DNA from: Macrostomum lignano
Lineage: Eukaryota
Length of the DNA stretch: 64,000 nucleotides
Direction: 5' to 3'
Assembly (NCBI GenBank): GCA_002269645.1
Contig: NIVC01000290.1
Coordinates: forward strand, 16,286 to 80,285
Shown here: positions 49,259 through 60,600 of the stretch, piece by piece
Layout: each line of letters begins with the position of its first letter
Position numbering within the stretch: position 1 is the stretch's first letter
Translations under genes and position numbers: made by a program
The notes under the pieces: generated by a model
Told to the model about the DNA's origin: nothing
What the model saw: only the letters and a program-made list of their open reading frames with translations
Database searches by the model: none

Positions 49259-50063
49259 GGCTGCTCGCTCCGTGAGTCCCGACTTCCCCGCCCTGGACTC
49301 AGCTTTGAGCTGGAGATGCTTCAGCTCGTGACTTGAGCACAGGTTTGTGCTCACTGGTCAGACTGAATTGGCTGCTGGCTGAGCCCAATGAGAACTCGCC
49401 GCCGGGTCCCAGCGAGTTGTCTCGCGCAAGCTCTCCAGATCTCTCGAGAATCCGGCGCAAGCCAGCCGGATCTTCGTTAATTGCGCTTGCGTCTCCTTCA
49501 TAGCCGCAAGAGCCTCTGGATAAGTTCGGCATGCAATTAGCTTGGAATTGTAACAATGCTCGTCTGCAAGGCATTTTGAGCATGCCTTACAAATGATTGG
49601 GCTAATTATGATGGGGGGTTGCTGAGCCGGTACACTGTAGAATAATAAGTTGCTGATTACAGGAAACTCTGCATTTCCAGTTCAATTCTGCATAATTACG
49701 AGCTACAGGTATCTGATAGCTGCATAAGACTGCGTCTGACTGTAAGAGAAAATTATAGCTTAATTTTCCTCTGCTGCTGGGCTGCATTTTGTACACTCGC
49801 ATGTACAGCAGTTGTATATAGTCATGGGCCTAGCAAGACTCCAGTTGCATGAAAAAATGGAAATGAAAAATGGCTGGAAAGGGCAGAGCCGCTCAGCGGT
49901 CCATGATCGAGGGCCAACCCGCAAAGGCACAGAAAGTGTACATTCGGTACGATTATAACGTCGGCTCCGCTGTACACACTGTGGTTGTACAACCTGCGAG
50001 CCTGCGAGTGTTTTAACCCCACCCTCCCCTGCGCCCTCCTCTCCTCCAAGCCTTGGCGCTGCC

Positions 50064-51415
50064 ATGTCAACAACCATGGAAAGCGCACGCGCACTAACAG
50101 CCAGACAGCTCAGAGCAGAGCTGACCAAGCGCGGTCTACCAAAAACAGGCTGCAGACAGCAGCTCTACGAATGGCTATGTGCCGCCACTTGCAGTCTGAA
50201 GCTCCTGCAGCCGACTCTGACAGCTCCGGCGCGACTCTTGATGCAGGAGTCATCGGTGATCAGTCAGCAGGTGGGCACAAAGGGACGAGGGGCGGCTGGC
50301 GACCTGGTTGCTCTACGGAAACAGGTCGAAGAGCGCAGGTGCGCAGGTGTCGAGAGCGGTCAGTCGGCCAGCAAGCGCAGCCGGGCCGACCTGATCCGAG
50401 ACTTTGTCAATCCCAACGCCAGTCAGTCAAGCGATAGTCTTACCGCCTGCATGGAGAACGGCAACTTGGTGTTCAAGAGCAGCCGCCAAGCCTAAGCAAG
50501 ATTTCCACCGGCCAATGGATCTATGGCAATGCTCAAATCCTACAGCGCCTGATCTTCTGGGGCTACCTGCTGTACTCCCAGAAGATCGGCGAACTCCTTG
50601 ACGCCAACTACAGCCCAAACGTTGTGTGGGAGTTTGACGAAAACTACAGGAAGCTGGTGGCCGAGTCGGACCTGCATCAGTGGGGTGCGAACCCACGCAG
50701 CTGTACCATCGCCACCTGAACGCTCCACGCAATCTGAAGGTCACTTTGAACCGACCCGGTATCTCGCAGCCGCAGGCGCCCGTTTGTTTGCCTGAGCTTC
50801 AACTCACCAGCCGGCTGTCAACGGTCCAGCTGCAGGTACCGGCACGTCTGCAAGCTGCCTGGCTGCGGCAAGCCGCATCCCGCCCAGCTGCATTGTCAGA
50901 GCAGCGATGTGGCGGAGGGGTCAAAAAACTAGATTTATTTAGCCACCATGCTTTTATCTCCCACCCGCCCTCATCCCATTGTTTGCATCCCCTACCCCTG
51001 CCCGCCACCCCGACCCGCCTCCCCACCGCATCGGGTGCTGTCTTCTGACATGAACCTGGCTTCTTGAAATATTCTGCTCCACATTGGTCCAGACGAGAGA
51101 TTCCTCCGAAACGGCCTTCATAACGGCTTCGGCCTCATCAACAAGCCTCCGCCTGCCTTCACGCATTCTGCCAACTACCGTTCTGCTACTGACCATGACA
51201 GCAGGTCACAAGCAACTCTCCGAAGAGCTCCGCTAGCGCACGCGTCATGGTGAATGCTATCGACGCGATTCTCAAGTCTGACGGCAGCGTTCGGTTCATT
51301 CACGATCTGTCCAGTCATTTCGGCTCTTCGGTCAACGACAGCTATGAGCAGGAGCGGAGTCTGAGATTCTACTACGTGCAGGATCTGCTGCGTCACATCC
51401 GGCCCGGCTCGCTCA
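50064..51415 (+). mobile_element. Truncated DIRS-order (Ngaro-like) retrotransposon: frameshifted ORF1 (SAP-like N-terminus, gag-like core, CCCH/CCHC fingers) and RT N-terminus
   Basis: SAP-like LTARQLRAELTKRGLPKTG; ISTGQWIYGNAQIL..YSQKIGELL..VWEFDENYRKL..WG; CLSFNSPAGCQRSSCRYRHVCKLPGCGKPHPAQLHC ending at TAG ~50931; RT start ERFLRNGLHNGF..NYRSA and AILKSDGSVRFIHDLS..SVND. No recombinase ORF or terminal repeats were seen. Confidence 0.78.
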
Positions 51416-52080
51416 TCGTCCTATCGTCCCATCGTCCCATTGTCCCATTGTCCCATCGTCCCATCGTCCCATCGTTCCATCGTCCCATCGTCCCTTCGTC
51501 CCATCGTCCCATCGTCCCATCGTCCCATTATCCCATCGTCCCATCGTCCCATCGTCCCATCGTCCCATCGTCCCATCGTCCCATCGTCCCATCGTCCCTT
51601 CGTCCCTTCGTCTCATCGTCCCGTTATCCCATCGTCCCATCGTCCCGTTATCCCATCGTCCCATCGTCCCATCGTCCTATCGTCCCATCGTCCCATTGTC
51701 CCATCGTCCCATCGTCCCATCGTCCTATCGTCCCTTCGTCCCATCGTCTCATCGTCCCATCGTCCCATTATCCCATCGTCCCATCGTCCCATCGTCCCAT
51801 CGTCCAATTATCCCATCGCCCCATCGTCCCATCGTCCCATCGCCTCATCGTCCCATCGTCCCGTTATCCCATCGTCCCATCGTCCTATCGTCCCTTCGTC
51901 CCATCGTCTCATCGTCCCATCGTCCCATTATCCCATCGTCCCATCGTCCCATCGTCCCATCGTCCAATTATCCCATCGCCCCATCGTCCCATCGTCCCAT
52001 CGCCTCATCGTCCCATCGTCCCATTATCCCATCGTCCCATCGCCCCATTGTCCCATCGTCCGCGAAAATTGTCCCATCGG
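51415..52080. repeat. 8-bp repeat (CATCGTCC)n
   Basis: Read directly; begins where the DIRS-like RT stops. Confidence 0.94.
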
Positions 52081-53664
52081 TGGCGTCCGCCCATTCTGCT
52101 GACTCCTGGGGACACACAAGCGCACCAAAACTATACGGAGGCACGCACTCATACACGCGCTCACACAGGGTGCATATAGCGGCCTTGAATTTCTAATCGT
52201 CTCTCTGTGCCTTGGGAGCTGACCCTCATAGGTGTGACTGCACGACACCCCAACAAGCCCCAAATGAATGCACGGGGCCACGCATGTTTATGAGCTGCTC
52301 TGCCCGTACAAACATCAAATATAATGTCAGTTTGTCCACGATGCTTCTTAAAAAATCATCTGTGAACAAGATGAAAAAAATTGATGAGAGGCATCGTGTA
52401 CGCTTCAAAAAGTGCAGATCATAGGTCGGCTGCCATCCGGTAAGAAAAAAACATCTCCTAATACTAAAACTGACGCGATGTTTGTCTGTCTGTATGTTGT
52501 AAGTGAACGCCTACTATACTGCGAAGTCAGCGTCGAAACTTATATGGGAAAACTGCAAATTTTCCGGATCAGGCTTTAGGCTATTTTAATTTTTAATTTT
52601 CACATTTTAACATCCAGAAAAGCAGAAAAGCAGAAGCTACAAAAGCTACAAAAGCCGCAGAAGCTGCAGAAAACTGCTTTTTAACCCCCAATAACCTTCT
52701 TTGCCACTCTGTCTGGGGCTGCAGCCAGTTTGTAAAAAAAACCACCCCAACCTCCGCCCGCGAATTGCTGTGTATTAGGGGGGGGGGGGGTTCTGCGTTC
52801 AATGCAAATAAACCCCCCCCGCGTGTTGGGGGTTGAGTTAAATTTAATGATTCCCCGGAACGGGGGGGGGGGGTTGGGCTTGGGCTGAGTGTACATAGCA
52901 GTTGTACAGTGTAAACAGATAGATGGAACTGTGCCGAGATTCAATTGGTTTTATTATCGGCCCTGTGTATGGTGAAATAATTACAGTAGCCAGAGTTGAA
53001 TAGCTGGGCACTGGCAGTGAAATTCAATGAACAAACTTGCGAAGTTGCGAGCCTCTCAGGCAAGCAGTCAAGAAATTGGGAAATTTCAAACGCTAATTGT
53101 TCCTTGAGTTTTAAGCCTTCAGAGGAGAGACTTATATTGCTGGAAAGAGCTTGCAACGCTGAGTTCGGGGATATAAGTTTCTTGCTTTAAACATGAAAAC
53201 TAAAAGCACAGGATTCAAGAAAACATCATTCTTTAAATTTTCTGACACGTGTTCTGCGTACAATTCAATTAAAATCCCCGTGTTGGGGTGGCGGCGATAG
53301 GGTTCAGTGAACGCAGTGAAGATAGCAATGAAATGAAAGAAGTATGAAATAATTGTAACCCTAACCCTAACTCTAACCCTAACCACTGACGCCTAGACGT
53401 AGAGACGTAGAGGCGCAGAGGCGCCTCTAACTTGAATATTTTTAAGTATGGAAAGCATCTTTTGGATCCCTATATAGCAGTCTTGATGGACTGCAATTTC
53501 ATGGAGATGTCGGGTATTATTTGATGAAGTTCTGTTTCACGGAGACGATTTTGATGGCTTTCAGTTTCTCAAAGAAAAATTTTGATAGATTTCTGTTTCA
53601 CAGAGAGAATTTTTATGGATTTCTGTTTGACGGAGAGGATTTCGATGGATTTGGCACCTTGAGT

Positions 53665-54390
53665 CAGTCAGAGAAAAGAGAAAAGAGATGATAGAAAAGA
53701 GAGTAGATATGAGAGAGGAGAGATTAGAGATGACATATAGGAGAGAATAGGAGAGTAAGGCGAGAATGAAGAGGGAGAGAGAAGAGAAGAGGAGAGAGGA
53801 GATGAGAGGGGAGATATAAGATAGCAGAGAGAGAGAGACAGGAGAGATGTGAGGAGAAAAGAGAGGAGGGATAAGAGCGTATAGAGGAAATAGAAGAGAG
53901 TAGAGAGTAGAGGAGAAAGAAGAGTGAGATGAAGGATGAGAGATGAGAGAGGAGAGGAGAGAGGAGAGAGAAGATATGAGAAAAGAGGGGAGAAAAGATA
54001 CAGGAGAGAGTAGAGACGAAAGACCAGGGAAAAGAGATAAATGAGGGAGTAGAGATGAGAGGAGAGAGAGGAGAGAGATGAAGATCAGACATGAGAGAAA
54101 TGAAAGAGTAGAAAGGAGAAATTATTGAGGAGAAAGAAGAGGGTAAAGATGAGAGTGCAGAGAGGAGAGATGAGAGATGCAATGAGAAAAAAGATGAGTG
54201 AGAAAATAAGAGAGAGAGATTTGAGAAGATAGGGGAGAAGATGAGAGGAGAAAGGAAAGGAGAGAAAAGAGAATGGAGAGGAGAGAAAAGAGAGGAGACA
54301 GGAGACGTTAGAAAGGAGGGCAGAAAGATGGGAGATAAGAAAGGAGAGGGTGATATGAGAGATATGAGATATGAGAGCAGAGACATGAGA
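53665..54390. repeat. GA-rich low-complexity tract
   Basis: Nearly pure A/G on the plus strand. Confidence 0.9.
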
Positions 54391-56588
54391 GTCCGAGTCT
54401 AGACAATGCCAGTGAGTTTTTGCAAACAGGGAAAACAAGAAATCCGGTATTTAAAATGCATTGTAGAGGATTTGGAGATGATTTGGAAGATGGGATTCAA
54501 GTCATGGAATTTTAGCTGATGGGAGTTCTTCCCCTTCAGAATTCCGGTGATGGGAGTTCTTCCCCTTTCTCCTCCAGAGGAGGAGTTCCACTCGTTTAAC
54601 TAACTAATGTTTTAGAGTTAGGGCCAAACGTGCCAACCTCAGAGTACTCTGAGCGGGGGCATCAAACCCGAGATATCAAATATGTCGACTTTACACTAGG
54701 CCTGCTCCGTGGGCCTAAGTGTGTTAACCCCACCCCTCCCACTTCGCCCACCTCTCCTCCGCCCCCCCTCCGCCGCGTGCTGGGGGTTCTTAAACCCAGC
54801 TTTTCTGGCTTGGCCGTCTGCCTGCGTGCAACTGCTCCGATTTATTATTTTTTTAATTTTTCTTGTTTATTCTCCCCGGTTTTATCGATCAATTTTGAAT
54901 TCGACGTACGCACGTACATGTAAATTGTGCAAAATAAATACCTAATACGAAAGGGTCACCTTCCCTACCTCGTCGCTGCTGTGTGCTCGCTGCCTTCCTT
55001 TTGTTGCTTGTGGGGTTGCGAGTAAACCCGAAATATCACAAACCCGAAATACCACAAACCCGAAATAAAAAACATTCGGGTTTATGTTGGCAACCCCGTG
55101 CCGTCACGCTCAACTCCCTTGCTTGCCAATTACTGTAAGTAATATTTCTAAAGTCAACACAAAGGTTGGTGAACACTGGTAGAATTTGTCAGTCATCATA
55201 TGCATACAGCTTTTCTATAGCAGATTGATGTATATGTACATGTAGCATTCTTCAAGGCAACGATGATTGACTTCAAAATCAGTCTCTGTACCATTCGTCG
55301 TGTTCTGAATGTCCCAGTTAATCGCACTTAAGCCAATGGCGCCAGGTCCCTGTGATCGGAACACGCCCGTCACGAAAGAAAGTCGCAGCTACATAGATCA
55401 AGAATATACACACCACGTGCTCTTTTGCAACGCACCAGACTGGACGCATTTGACTTCAGTCTGGACGCACCAGACTTTGACTGTTTCAAAAAGGTACAGT
55501 GTATATATTTAGAGTTGCCTCAATAATTTTAATATTACTAACGATTGTACAGCTATGAATACTCTAATTACGCATTGTGCATTTTTTCATTCTCAAAGCA
55601 AACTTTCAACCAAGTTGAAAGCCGCATAAATCTTTTGAGGCACGTTTTGAAGGCAAACCCATGTGTAGCTACCCATGTGAAGAGACATGTGTAGCTCTTC
55701 TTTAATTTAATATTCGTTAAGTTGATACTTTCGTTCAGAAAATAAGGATTCTGTAAGATTGTAAGATTTTCTACGTGGATAATGCGAAGGCATTGTCAAC
55801 TTACTATTTTTAACATTTTGTTAGCACACATAATTAACAATCTTTTTGGCACTTGTTTAGCGCCGGTACATGCAGGCGAGATTTTAGCGTCACGAATTAA
55901 GTCGCAATTTCGCGGCTTTGTTCTTCTGTAGCTGTCCCGAAAACTTCGATCGGCCCTTTTTAGCGCTCCGTCAGCAAAATTGCAAGGTTAACTGGATACT
56001 GTACAAAATGATTAATTCTCTTTCTTGTTTTTTCCGTACTCGTAGCAGTCGAAGCAGCTATAATTCCTCCTAAATTTTTTATGAATAAGGAAAACAACCA
56101 AACAATTGTTTTTTTACACTAGCCACGTATGCATGCTTATTGACGACAGGGCTTAAAATGTATACATGTAAAATTTCGTGCCTTTGAATTTATGCAGGGA
56201 GTTCCATGATTATCCAAATACAGATGTCCATACAGCACATACATGCACACGAATACTAATCATTTCGAGATACTCTGTAATACAATGTTATGCTTCGGAA
56301 AAAAGATCTTTTTTGTTTAAAATTTTATTTGTAATATTGTGGCGATCACGCCACTCGCGCGTGCGCGCTCCGGCAGCAACCCCAACCCCGGCCGGGAAGG
56401 CCGGCTCTATGTGGACGGACGCTGTGCGTTGACTGGCTGCCCAGTGTACACCGCTGGCCTATATAATTTAGAACTTTGTCTCGCGCACCTCCACCCTGCT
56501 ACTTAAAAATAAACTTTACGTGGCTCAACTCGCCACAATATGCAATTGTACTAGCTACTTTATCTAATTGGAAGATTCCGACTTATAC

Positions 56589-57009
56589 TGTAACGGTTTG
56601 GAAATTCTGTAATTCAAATCTAGTTTATTAACATGGTGTATTTTAACTTTATTCAAATCCTTAGCTGTTTAGATTACGTGCGTAATTATTCTAGGGTTTT
56701 AATATTACGTATTTTGTTAATTTGGTTTCCGTTTCCAAGAAATGCGACTCATAATTTTAACATGTAAGTTCTAGTCTTTTTCTGTAAGCGTGTGGCAGCC
56801 TGGGACGTAGATCAACCTAGCATGTACGTGAGATACAATAATTATAATCAGAGCCGATCACCAGTGTACGCATTCGTACTAAGACAGTAAGATTTCTTAT
56901 GCTCCGAGTATAGTAAATCGTCCCGGACTGACAGACATATCTGCTGAACCATATACGTTGCTAATACTCTCTCTTCGCTAGTAATATTAAATATACCGGA
57001 CTCGTTACA
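56589..57009 (+). repeat. Putative 5' LTR (421 bp)
   Basis: Starts TGTAACG and ends CGTTACA (7-bp inverted termini, TG..CA), followed by a PBS. No second copy is in the window to confirm it. Confidence 0.75.
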
Positions 57010-57015
57010 TCAATT

Positions 57016-57028
57016 TGGAGGTCCCACC
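57016..57028 (+). promoter_or_regulatory. Primer-binding site, probably tRNA-Gln
   Basis: TGGAGGTCCCACC is complementary to the 3' end of eukaryotic tRNA-Gln as I recall it (GGTGGGACCTCCA); it lies 6 nt after the LTR end. Confidence 0.75.
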
Positions 57029-57635
57029 ACCGAACTCTTCATATCAGTCATCATCATCAGGCGTCCGTCAGCATTCAGGCTCCCATCCTCATCAGGCACT
57101 GCGACACGAGAATTTTAGCCGGGTACACAATAGCCATCTGCAACCGCAACCAGGTCCTACACTACAGTATTGCGGCGAGGCTGAGGCAGCACAATTCAAC
57201 TTGTCTAAAACCGCGTGAGTCAGCTCTACATCTAGACCCAAGGCCAAGCGAAAACAGTCAATACGCTCGTAGCTACGGCGCGTCAAAACCCCAGCCGGTC
57301 AACTCAGCGTAAACAACACTCAACTGTTCTGAGGTCCGTATAAGCTGCCGACTGAACCGCGAGACCACCACCCCAGCGGCAGCCACCCCTAAAGGCCACA
57401 GCCAATCCGGTCCAAGCGGCAGTACGGCAGGACGGCAGTCTGTACATTGTACTCCACGGCCAATAACCTCCAAGAGTTTCATCACAGTTGTGAGTGTGGT
57501 TGCTTCATTTTGGGCTGTTTAGCTGAGCTTACCTGACTGTTCAAAGGTGTGTACGCGTGTAGGTTTTTTTTCTTCCTTTCCTCTCTGTAATCGTAGTCTT
57601 CACTTTGCACTGGCACACCTCTTTTTTCTCTCAAT

Positions 57636-60600
57636 ATGTCTGTAGAGCAATCAGCCACTGGAACTCAAGGCGCACCTCTGGTGGGTGAACCCATAAAGCT
57701 GCCTGAGACTGAGAAGGCTCAAAATGAAGCCGAGTTAAACCTAATTGCTACTGAGAGTAGCGTGGGTGCTATTTTAGGAAGTCTTGACAGAACGCTGGGC
57801 AACTTGGATGCTAAGCTTGACTATGCGAGAGTGCCTGAGGCAAAGCTGAAAGCCCCACCTTGCTACCACCCTAAAATCAGATTTGAGCTCTGGGAGACAC
57901 AACTCCGGGCCTATTTAAGCGTTAACAGAGTTCAGCGGGAGCACTGTGGCGGTGTTATTTTCTCTCTACTATCGCCAGAAGTCCAAGAGTTTTACTACAA
58001 TAGCAAACTACAGGATCTAGCTTTTCCAGCAGCATTAGAAGCTCTCCGCGAGCGGTACACGGACTCTAGCAGTGCCGATAAATTTTACATTGAGCTGACA
58101 GTTGCCCACCAAGCTGATGGCGAAGGAATTCAAGAATTCTGTGACCGTCTTGTAGCCCTAGCCACCGCAGCTAAAATTTCTGCTCCACACAGCGATCCAT
58201 TGGTTCGGTCACGTTTTTGTTATGGAGTTCTAGACAAAAATCTAGCTGAGAAACTAATTACAATGACCCAGGAGTCACCCAAAGCAACCCTTCAAGACCT
58301 CCTGAAGAAAGCCAAAAGTTTTCTAGACATTCAGAAGCTGCTGAAACCGACTGAGACAAGCAAGATCCGGCAGTTAGAAGTAGACGAGATAAGCCGACTC
58401 AAAAACAGGATCCAAGAACTTGAGACAGAAGCCAAGCAGAGGGGCAAGTTCGAACACGAATTTAATAGCCAGCCTACTGGGGGATTTAGACCACAGGCTT
58501 TGCACACTGCCACTGATAAACCACCGAGGTACAATGCGCCTATCACGGGCAGGCACGCAGGCAAGCGGCACTGCTTCAGGTGCGGTTCAGCTGATCACCT
58601 GGTAGCAGAGTGCCCTGGCTCAGGTGCACCTGAAAACGGTAAATTTTCATGGCGCCACCCGAGGCAGCCCACACAGAAAGGCTCAGCTAAAGTGGAAAAA
58701 GAGCTGGGTAGAATTTCCTACTGGTCAAATGCCTACGGATTCATCCAGTCTCTGCCTCTGGGAGATTCTGTTTTCGTACACTTCTCGCAGCTCAGCAGCG
58801 AGTTAAAGGATCTTGTCCCCGCCCATCAGATTGTCGGAGCGCCCGTAGAGTTTATCCGGCTAGCCGACAAGGGCAAGAAAAACGACCGTGCTGTTGATGT
58901 TGTGTGTAGTAACCAGGATGTCCGGTGCAGCCAAACCGTGTCTAGGGCAGAATCCTCCAGCTCCGGGTACTACCTGCAGGCCACTGTGGGAGACATTAAG
59001 CTGATTGGGTGTCTAGATAGTGGTTCAAATGCGTCCATCATCAGCCCAGAAATTCGGGACAAACTGTTAGCAGCCGATCCTATCAATAATCGCTTCACGG
59101 CCGCAACTACAGTGCAGTCAGCTTCGGGATTCAATGGTGCCTCCAGTCGAATCCTTGGCAAGTTAGTTTGCGAGGTTCAAGTAGCGAATGAGACAAAGCC
59201 GCACGTTTTCCTAGTCATAGAACACTCGATCTCCGACACTCTCTTTGGGATCGACTTCATGCGGAATTTCCAGATTAATTTATTGGTGGCAGAGGGTCGA
59301 GCGACGGCTGGAGGTGAGCTTATTCCTGTCATCGAAGGGGACAGTAGCATCTTCCAAGTCAAGAGAGTGCTGCGGCTTGCAATGTCGAACTCCCGCCCAG
59401 GTCGGAGACTCTAATCCCTGGGAGGGTGATAGACAGTCAGCCTAACACCTGCGGCTCCGTGGGTGGCAAGATTTTTGCGAACGACTCGAGCCTCTTAATG
59501 GCACACTCGGTAGACCAAGTAAACAGTTCCAATCACATCTTGCTGCGGGTCTAAACACCAGTGAAGAACCAGTATCACTCAGAAGAGAAGATGAAATAGG
59601 ATCCTTCCAGCAGTTGGGGCCAAACGAGACAATCAGTAAAACTTCAATTTCTGAAAAAGACTTTAAAATCGAAAACACTGATCAGCTCCTTAGAAAACTC
59701 AATCAGCTGCCTAGTCCAGATGAAGGTACAGCGAAGTGGCTATCAAACCAGTTTCGCCTAACGGAGTCCAAACTCAGCGAGGAACAGTTGGGAACTACAC
59801 TGAAAATGCTTAACTATTTCTTAAGTCAAATCTCTCGTAGTGAGCACGATATCTCGAGAACCCAATTGCATGAACTAGCTATCGAACTGAAAGACCCTAG
59901 CTGTAGGCCGATCACGCAGCCATCACGCCGCACCACCCCGGCTCAAAAAGATTTCCTTGACAAATATATAGAACAGCTAGTGGAGCAGGGCATAGTAGAA
60001 GAGTGTGATTCCGAGTGGGCCTCACCAATTGTCTTAGTCAAAAAGAAGGACCAGTCTTACAGAATGTGTGTTGACTACAGAGCGGTCAACAAGCTAATAA
60101 AGCCGTGTAGCTTTCCGCTCCCATTAATGGATGAAACGTTTGATAGCCTTGCCGACTCTACCATCTTTTCAACACTAGATTTAACAAGTGCATACTGGCA
60201 GGTAGGAATTAGAGAGCAAGACCGAGACATTACGGCTTTTTCTTGCCCCCAGGGCACATTCCGTTGGCGAGTTGTGCCATACGGTATCAAAACGGCACCA
60301 TCTAACTTTGCTAAGCTGATGCACCGTGTGCTCAAACCCTTGCTGATGAGAGTTAGCCTCGTCTATCTTGACGACGTCATTATCAAAGCTCGAACTAGTA
60401 GCGAAATGATAACAAACCTAGCGCTGGTGTTTTGGCAACTACAAAAGGCAAACCTAAAAATTAAGCCAGCTAAATGCGAGCTTTTCAGGGAAAAACTAAA
60501 GTTTTTAGGATTTGTAGTATCGGCGGATGGAATCGAGACGGACCCCAGCAAAACAGAGGCCGTCCAGAGTTGGTGTAGGCCAAAGACAGGGAAACAACTC

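Noticed and set aside
53357-53384. (TAACCC)n telomere-like run, with a similar degenerate run at ~14476-14524
   Set aside because: Only 4-5 imperfect units; too short to indicate a chromosome end or fusion.
59381-59614. Programmed ribosomal frameshift between protease and RT
   Set aside because: No slippery heptamer, and two separate single-base restorations recover conserved motifs, which fits sequencing error better.
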